Notes under the pieces: model-generated
The model's database searches: none
Told to the model about the DNA's origin: nothing
The model's input: only the letters and a program-made list of their open reading frames with translations
Made by a program: the position numbers and the translations under genes
Assembly: GCA_965219455.1 (NCBI GenBank)
Contig: OZ244744.1
Location: forward strand, 4,512,001-4,576,000
Direction of reading: 5' to 3'
From: Candidatus Latescibacterota bacterium
GTDB taxonomy: Bacteria > Latescibacterota > UBA2968 > GCA-2709665
Length of the DNA stretch: 64,000 nucleotides
Shown: positions 58,011-64,000 of the stretch, piece by piece
How the letters are laid out: each line of letters starts with the position of its first letter
How positions within the stretch are numbered: position 1 is the stretch's first letter

Positions 58011-58952
58011 ATGGCAAGAGAGAAGCTTGAAGGTGTGGAAGAACATCAATCTCAGAAGGGCTTGGCGGTCGCTCGGACATTCTTCACGGAGTGGGGTCTG
58101 CCCTACTTGCGTTCAGAGTTCTCCAGCGTCTCAGAGCGCGCCGCGTGTTTCCTGTTCGGTGGTTCGCAGAGTTTGGGAAACGATGACGAAATGTCCCGGG
58201 ACCACGGGTGGGGTCTCGAATTCTCGATTGTCCTGCCGCCAGAGGACATGCACGGAGCAGGCAGGCGATTACGGAAGGAAGTTGACCAAGCTGCACCGAC
58301 AGAGTGGCGTGGGATTCGGTTCCGGAAGGGCGGGATCACTATCCATTCTCTCAATTGGTGGTTCCGACGGTACACGAAATTCAGTCATGCCCCCAAGACA
58401 ACCAAGGCCTGGTTGCGAACTAGCGAGGACCATCTGTATATGCTACGCCGTTCGACAGTGTTTCATGATCCACTGGGCGAGTGGACAGCTCGGAAGGCAA
58501 CCTTCCACTACTATCCTCGCAAAGCATGGTTGACCCGTATACGCGATGAGACGTTCGATGTTCATCATTTTGGGCAGTACAACTTTCTGGACCGAATGGC
58601 AAAACGTAGAAAGCCAATCTCTCTCTCTGTTTGCTTGGCAAGTTTCATGCATGCGACCATGAAGCTATGCATGCTCCTTAACGAAGATTTCACTCCTTAC
58701 TGGAAGTGGCTATCGGCCGAGTTGCGGAAGCAACCAAACGTCGCCAATCTGACCACCTGTCTGACTGATCTTGCATCCGCAAGTGACATTGACAAACAGG
58801 TGAGACTTGTTGACGTGATTTGCCAGGACGTTTATTCTCGACTTGTCGAGAAGAATTTTGTCAGTAACAACCCAACTGGCCACCCCCACCCTTTGATGTG
58901 TGCATATCAAGATCTGAGTACTTTGTGCGAGCAGTGCCCTGATGATGAATAG
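58011..58952 (+). CDS. DUF4037-like nucleotidyltransferase-domain protein
   Basis: GGSQSLGNDDEMSRDHGWG, VFHDPLG, YYP, PYWKW. Confidence 0.75.
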   Translation: MAREKLEGVEEHQSQKGLAVARTFFTEWGLPYLRSEFSSVSERAACFLFGGSQSLGNDDEMSRDHGWGLEFSIVLPPEDMHGAGRRLRKEVDQAAPTEWRGIRFRKGGITIHSLNWWFRRYTKFSHAPKTTKAWLRTSEDHLYMLRRSTVFHDPLGEWTARKATFHYYPRKAWLTRIRDETFDVHHFGQYNFLDRMAKRRKPISLSVCLASFMHATMKLCMLLNEDFTPYWKWLSAELRKQPNVANLTTCLTDLASASDIDKQVRLVDVICQDVYSRLVEKNFVSNNPTGHPHPLMCAYQDLSTLCEQCPDDE

Positions 58953-58996
58953 AGCGGAAGCGTCGATAAACCGCGCTTTGTCTCCGCGCCGCCATC

Positions 58997-59141
58997 GGCT
59001 AACAACGGGCACCCCCGGCTTCGGGGCTTGCACCCCTTCGCGCAACCTGCCTGGCGCTGTCACGGGCGCTTGCTTGATGAGAATCGTGAGGGGCAAGCGC
59101 CGCGCCAGCTGGGCAGGTTCGTGGGTGCTTGACCGTTAGAT
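58997..59141 (+). repeat. attC site (long type)
   Basis: TCGGCTAAC...GTTAGAT; closely similar to 43110-43252. Confidence 0.9.
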
Positions 59142-59244
59142 GAAATGGGAAAAGTTAAGTAGGCCTTGCAGTGTATCTCCCGATATTCTGGAGATATACT
59201 GCATATTCGCCGTTCAATCACAAGTTGGCCGCAGAGAATACCGG

Positions 59245-59712
59245 ATGACCCGAAAGAATTCCGAGTGTGAATTCCACGATCCAGGACACTTGGTCGACGG
59301 AGACCTTGAGCTCGTCCTCACCGAGACGCTTCCATCTGATCCTGACACGGGACGGGTGCCGGAGTACCGTTTCGAGATGCGGCTTATTGGCAGCGACGTG
59401 AAGATCGGCAGTATCCGCCTCAGAACGCGGTGCACGGAAAGGCTCGAGCAGTATGGAGGAAATCTGAGCTACGACGTGGACGACGAATATCGCGGGAACA
59501 GATACGCTGCCCGCAGCTGTCGCCTGTTGTTTCCCCTCGCCCTGCGCCATGGGATCAACTCGGTGTTAATCACTTCCCGATCCGATAATCTCGCATCCAG
59601 GAGAACATGTGAGTTGATCGGCGCAGAGTATGTGGACACGATCGAAACGGAACGGGAACCAGGTGAGCATGGGCCGACGTGTCGGTACAGAGTGAACTTG
59701 CGGCCTGAGTAA
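59245..59712 (+). CDS. GNAT N-acetyltransferase
   Basis: GGNLSYDVDDEYRGNRYA, DNLASRRTCELIG. Confidence 0.85.
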   Translation: MTRKNSECEFHDPGHLVDGDLELVLTETLPSDPDTGRVPEYRFEMRLIGSDVKIGSIRLRTRCTERLEQYGGNLSYDVDDEYRGNRYAARSCRLLFPLALRHGINSVLITSRSDNLASRRTCELIGAEYVDTIETEREPGEHGPTCRYRVNLRPE

Positions 59713-59748
59713 CACCGGCGAATCAAGGGCTGCAGCCGACGCCAGGCC

Positions 59749-60246
59749 TTTATGCGCCCGGGTCCCGACGGTCGTTTCGATTCGCGCCAGATTTGGGCCC
59801 TGCCCAACCCGATTGTGATGGGCGACGAAATCTGGTTTTACTATGCCGGCATCAACTACGACCGGGCGGGTCGCAGCGATGCAGCCAACGGCGAGCACAT
59901 CGGCGGCATCGGGCGGGCGGTCATGCGCCTGGACGGCTTTGTTTCGCTCGACGCCCCTTACGAAGGGGGCAAGTTCACCACACCGGCGCTGATATTCGAC
60001 GGATCGCGCCTCGAACTCAATGTCGACACAGCCGCCGGAGGCAGCGTGCGCGTTGAACTACTCGCCGAAGACGGAAGTCCGCTTGAGGGGTATAGTGGCG
60101 CAGATTCAATATGGCACGTCGGCAATTCCGTCAGGCTGCCCGTTTCGTGGCCCGCTGGCGACCTTCGCCAACTCGCCGGCCAACCGGTCAGGATACGCTT
60201 CATCATGCGCGACGCGAAGCTCTACGCATTTCAGTTCTGCGAGTGA
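59749..60246 (+). pseudogene. 3' fragment of a glycosidase-like gene of the 40144-41649 family
   Basis: RLDGFVSLDA...FTT....G.RLELNVD..GG.VRVEL...LYAFQF; N-terminal two-thirds absent. Confidence 0.65.
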
Positions 60247-60393
60247 GAATTTCGACGGGGTTCTGGATGGACACCGAGCCAGCGAGCACGGGCTCTACAA
60301 CATATTGGTCCAGGAACTCACCTGCTTTGGTCGGCGAAGTCTGGCCTTCGCTCTGGAGCCGTTGTAAGACCTGGAGACTTCCAGACCCATTTA

Positions 60394-60828
60394 ATGCGTC
60401 AGATCCTGATCGAAGTCCAAACGGACTCTCTCGCGGTAACGGTTCCAAATGCCGCCGAGACAGGTCGTGTCATGATGGAACTCGCGTGGGAGACTGTTCG
60501 TCTACGGGAATTTCCCCATAGGCCAAGTCGGTTTGATTGCCTGTTTCTCTGGCCGGAAGCGAGTGCTGCCAGACGATTCGACTCCCATAGGGAAGCGTGC
60601 GAACTGTATGATATCGAGATTCTTGAATGCGCGCGCGCGTTCGCTGCTGATATGAACCTGATAAGTTACTTCAAAGAGTTTGAAACCCTTGCATCGATGT
60701 TCGAGAGAGCGCGCCGATACTGGCAGAACGAGAGGAAGGACGAGAACAGGGAGATTCTGTTGGAAGGTACAATTCAGATTCAGTGTCGATCCGTTGGTTT
60801 CGACTGCGTATCGAATATATCAACATAG
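60394..60828 (+). CDS. hypothetical protein (DUF2441-like)
   Basis: E.VRLREFPHRPSRFDCLF and EILLEG motifs. Confidence 0.5.
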   Translation: MRQILIEVQTDSLAVTVPNAAETGRVMMELAWETVRLREFPHRPSRFDCLFLWPEASAARRFDSHREACELYDIEILECARAFAADMNLISYFKEFETLASMFERARRYWQNERKDENREILLEGTIQIQCRSVGFDCVSNIST

Positions 60829-60963
60829 ACCTCCGTCAGTTGCTATCAGGCGAGGAATCGGTACAACAGTAATCTTCTTGTTGAAAAGCAGAAAAACCGG
60901 AAAAACAGAGAAAGTGATGTCCGCTCTTTTATTACATTCCTGATGACAAAAAACAACACGGAC

Positions 60964-61067
60964 GCTTAACACGCGATGCCCGCTACACTCCCTTCGGTCA
61001 TTCGGCCCTCCGGGCACATTACCTCCGCTACGCTCCGGCAACGTTGGGTATCGCGAGGCCGTTAACG
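60964..61067 (+). repeat. attC site
   Basis: GCTTAAC...CGCGATGCCC/GGGTATCGCG...GTTAACG. Confidence 0.85.
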
Positions 61068-61100
61068 GAAATCGCCCCTTTTACCTCACAGGAGGGAAAA

Positions 61101-62414
61101 ATGAAACTCTGGGTATTCACCTGCAGTGACAGCCCGTTCGAACACTGGCTCGACGGGTTCGAGGAGCGGTTCGACGCCTGGGCGGATGGCGGCGTGCGCG
61201 GTCTGGCCGTCGGCCGCATGGCATTCCTCCAGGAGGATGGCACCGCCATTCCGGCGTGGGCTCCCGACCCGAAGGTGTACGAGGCCCTGGGGGCGGAAGT
61301 CCCGGAGCAGCGTCCGCGCGACCTCTCGAAAGAGAAGAAGCTGCACGCAATGCTGGAAAACGCCGCGGAGCGGGGCTGGCGACTGCTGATTTTCGCCGGA
61401 GGCGGCCCGACCGCCCACGTGCAGGACCTAATGAACGCCTTTCCGCAGGTGCACGGCGTCATTGTCGACGGTCCGGGCGAAAACCACTACGAGCTTGCCT
61501 TCCACCACGGGGGCGAACTCCTGGAGATCCGTCCGGGTGAGGAGGGCCGCTTCGCCCAGGTCGGCGCCGAGATTGGTCGAATACAACGCGGCATCACCCA
61601 CTTTCGGGAGCGTTTGCACAATCTGACACCGGAAATGGTGCGGTACCACGCCGACGGGGGGATGCTGGGGGCAATGCTCCTGTTCGACGTCAACGAGGAC
61701 GTGCTCTACTGGCTGCGCAAGCGTCAGGAGCGCTCTCGCTTCGACTGGCAGTACATGCGGCAACAGGTCGACGCCGTCGATCGCAAGGTGGAGTTGGGCG
61801 GTATCCCGCGGGCCGTGACGTGGTCATCGCTCACCGGACAGAATTACTGTCAGATGGCGGAGTATTTCGACTATATCTTTCCGAAACACTATTTTTGGCA
61901 CCGCGGCATGGACGGCATGTACGGAACCATATCCCGCTGGGTAAGACGGTTGCGAAAGTGGAATCCGTCCCTGAGCGAGGCGGAGTGTTTCGCCGTCGTG
62001 AAGGCGCTGTTGGGCATCGAGCTGCCTGGCATCAACTCGCTTATGGACATGGAGATGGGTTTCCCCGACGAATTCTTCTCCAGGGTGGTCTACAACGAGA
62101 CTCGGCGGGCCCTGGCGGCCATAGGTGATCCCGACAAGGTGATAGCCTGGGTGTCCACGGGGCGCCGCCCCCACGGCGGCGACCCGATGCAGGCGCGCGA
62201 TCTCTACGGCATCCTGACTGCTTCGCAGGAGGCGGGGTTGAAGCGCTTCCTATACCATCCCGAGCCGGATTTCGGGGCGGCGGAATGGACCGTCATCTCG
62301 TCGCTGTGCGGAAACCAATGGGATGAAGACGCCGACGGGTACTGGCCGACGGGGACCGACAAGCCAGGCGTCTGGGACGGCGGGCGCGAGGGACCCGAAG
62401 GGGGCCGAATATGA
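61101..62414 (+). CDS. hypothetical protein
   Basis: 437-aa ORF, GGAGGG RBS, GC-rich codon bias. Confidence 0.75.
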   Translation: MKLWVFTCSDSPFEHWLDGFEERFDAWADGGVRGLAVGRMAFLQEDGTAIPAWAPDPKVYEALGAEVPEQRPRDLSKEKKLHAMLENAAERGWRLLIFAGGGPTAHVQDLMNAFPQVHGVIVDGPGENHYELAFHHGGELLEIRPGEEGRFAQVGAEIGRIQRGITHFRERLHNLTPEMVRYHADGGMLGAMLLFDVNEDVLYWLRKRQERSRFDWQYMRQQVDAVDRKVELGGIPRAVTWSSLTGQNYCQMAEYFDYIFPKHYFWHRGMDGMYGTISRWVRRLRKWNPSLSEAECFAVVKALLGIELPGINSLMDMEMGFPDEFFSRVVYNETRRALAAIGDPDKVIAWVSTGRRPHGGDPMQARDLYGILTASQEAGLKRFLYHPEPDFGAAEWTVISSLCGNQWDEDADGYWPTGTDKPGVWDGGREGPEGGRI

Positions 62415-62528
62415 GCAGGATCTCTGACTCGTTGCGGGAGGGTTTCCCGCGGGCGCGAACGATGCGCGGCAAAAACTGAAAGCGCGCAAGAACCACTCCC
62501 CGCCATCTCGAAATTTTGGAGATGTGAA

Positions 62529-63290
62529 ATGAATGATTCCCTGTCATATTCAGTTGCGGTCATTGCAGATATTCACGGCAACGTCGCTGCACTCAACGCT
62601 GTTCTTGAGGATCTGCAAAGCCAACCCTATGATCGTCTGGTGGTCGCTGGCGACCTGGTGCTGAGCGGACCCCGCCCGGTCGAGAGTCTTGACGCAATAC
62701 GAAATCTGGGCGCTCCCACGATTTACGGGAACACAGACCTGTTGGTCTTTGATGAACAGGTTTCCGAGGAAAGACTGGACTGGGTGAGAGAGAAGCTGGG
62801 AACAGATGGCTTGAGCTATCTGAAGGGTCTGCCCTTTGAGTACAGGATAACGCCACCAGGAGGGCAGTCTCCGGAGGATGATCTTCTCATTGCGCACGCA
62901 ACGCCTACTGATGTGACCGGTGTATTGGTTCTTCAACCTGATCAGGATCCGTTCAGGCTTCTGACCGTTACGCCAGAAGAGGAAGCCAGGACACTGATGG
63001 GGGATGCGAAGGCCAATCTGATTGTGGCAGGACACCTTCACTACGCGTCCTATGGCGTTCCGTGCGGTCAGCGATATAGCATCATTGATTCAGTTGGGTT
63101 TCCGTTTGATGGGGATCATCAAGTTGGATATGCCAGAGTGTGGTGGGATGGGCAGGAATGGCTTGTGGAAAACCACAGATTAAGTTACGATTACCACATG
63201 GTTGTGGAGGATGTCAGGTGTTGTGGTGCGCCTTTTGGTGAGTTGTCAGCCCAAAGGATCCTTCAAGCCAGATTCAGGCCGGTCATGTAG
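62529..63290 (+). CDS. metallophosphoesterase
   Basis: DIHGN, GDLV, GNTD, AH, GHLH. Confidence 0.88.
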   Translation: MNDSLSYSVAVIADIHGNVAALNAVLEDLQSQPYDRLVVAGDLVLSGPRPVESLDAIRNLGAPTIYGNTDLLVFDEQVSEERLDWVREKLGTDGLSYLKGLPFEYRITPPGGQSPEDDLLIAHATPTDVTGVLVLQPDQDPFRLLTVTPEEEARTLMGDAKANLIVAGHLHYASYGVPCGQRYSIIDSVGFPFDGDHQVGYARVWWDGQEWLVENHRLSYDYHMVVEDVRCCGAPFGELSAQRILQARFRPVM

Positions 63291-63324
63291 AATCAGAAGC
63301 CTGATGGTGCGCGCTTTATCTCTG

Positions 63325-63378
63325 CCCGTGACAGGCTTCGCCGTGATGGGGCTGCCAGCGGTTTACAGGCCGTTATGC
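63325..63378 (+). repeat. degenerate attC-like site
   Basis: GGCC|GTTATGC end like other sites; left core CCGTGAC only partly matches the expected CCGTTAAC. Confidence 0.35.
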
Positions 63379-63405
63379 GAAGCGGCGAAAAGGAAATAAA
63401 GCGCC

Positions 63406-64000
63406 ATGCTGAATGCCATTCTTTGGGACAACGACGGCGTCCTGGTCGACACCGAAGGCCTGTACTTCCAGGCCTGCCGCGAAACCCTGGAACGCCTCGG
63501 CGTCCGCCTGAGCGAAGCCCGTTTCATCGAGCTCTTCCTCAAGGCCAGCGAAGGCCTTACCAGGATCGGCGCCGAACACGGCATAGACGAACAGGCGCTG
63601 GAGCCCGCCCGCATCTGGCGCAACGCCCGCTACACCGAACTCTTGCGCGCCGGCGTACCCGTCATCGACGGCGCCCGCCAAGTGCTGCGCCAACTCCACG
63701 GCACGGTGCGCATGGGCATCGTCACCAGTTCGCGGCGGGAGCACTTTGAGATCATCCACGCCGCCACCGCCCTGCTGGACTGCATCGATTTCACGCTCGT
63801 GCGCGAAGACTACCGGCATTCCAAGCCCGACCCCGAGCCCTACCTCACGGCCATGCGGCAAAACGGCCTCAGCGCCGCCGAATGCGTCGTAATCGAAGAC
63901 TCGGACCGGGGGCTGCGCGCCGCACTGGCGGCCGGGCTGCGCTGCATCGTCATACCGCAGGGCCTGACGCGCGGCCTGGACTTCACCGGTGCCCTGCGGC
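63406..64000 (+). CDS. HAD-superfamily hydrolase (partial, runs off window end)
   Basis: MLNAILWDNDGVLVDTEG, IVTSS, KPDPEPY, VIEDS; not in the ORF track. Confidence 0.9.
   Translation, partial: MLNAILWDNDGVLVDTEGLYFQACRETLERLGVRLSEARFIELFLKASEGLTRIGAEHGIDEQALEPARIWRNARYTELLRAGVPVIDGARQVLRQLHGTVRMGIVTSSRREHFEIIHAATALLDCIDFTLVREDYRHSKPDPEPYLTAMRQNGLSAAECVVIEDSDRGLRAALAAGLRCIVIPQGLTRGLDFTGALR

Larger units (their letters stand above)
35789..64000 (+). mobile_element. integron-like gene cassette array (continues past window end)
   Basis: 16 clear AAC...hairpin...GTT sites; all cargo ORFs co-oriented; heterogeneous GC; typical cassette cargo (TA, NUDIX, GNAT, methyltransferase). Confidence 0.9.

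Noticed and set aside
38739-61067. CRISPR array interpretation of the recurring repeats
   Set aside because: Repeats are 54-145-bp variable hairpins separated by whole genes; no constant repeat-spacer period and no cas genes
1-64000. tRNA/rRNA genes
   Set aside because: No cloverleaf or rRNA-like segments recognised

Overview
Bacterial DNA in two very different halves. 1-35.3 kb is GC-rich core chromosome: the end of a uxuA-like gene, a PEP-utilising/rifampin-phosphotransferase-like gene, a yggS-yggT-(divIVA remnant)-mtnP-NUDIX-ileS-dksA-lspA-rluD cluster, and a large respiratory locus. That locus holds a divergent 2[4Fe-4S] protein, HEAT-repeat protein, Rieske, split b6-type cytochrome b, octaheme cytochrome c, a cupredoxin-like protein, coxBACD, heme A/O synthases, an ABC exporter and SCO. 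It is followed by a lipoprotein, a flippase, a family-B DNA polymerase and a peptidoglycan-binding membrane protein, and several MITE-like elements lie between genes. 35.4-64 kb is an integron-like cassette array with 16 recognisable attC-type hairpins plus 2 degenerate ones. In most cassettes the start core (GTT...) is the reverse complement of the inverse core (...AAC) of its own attC. Two degenerate, co-oriented tyrosine recombinase copies each carry the same downstream putative attI site. Unusual cargo includes purC, a ribH2+ribD-deaminase pair, large glycosidase-like genes, a candidate new toxin-antitoxin pair, a cassette with a non-canonical GAT/ATC core, a nested cassette, an IS1380 element and an IS91 remnant. 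All calls come from reading motifs by eye; no database searches were run.
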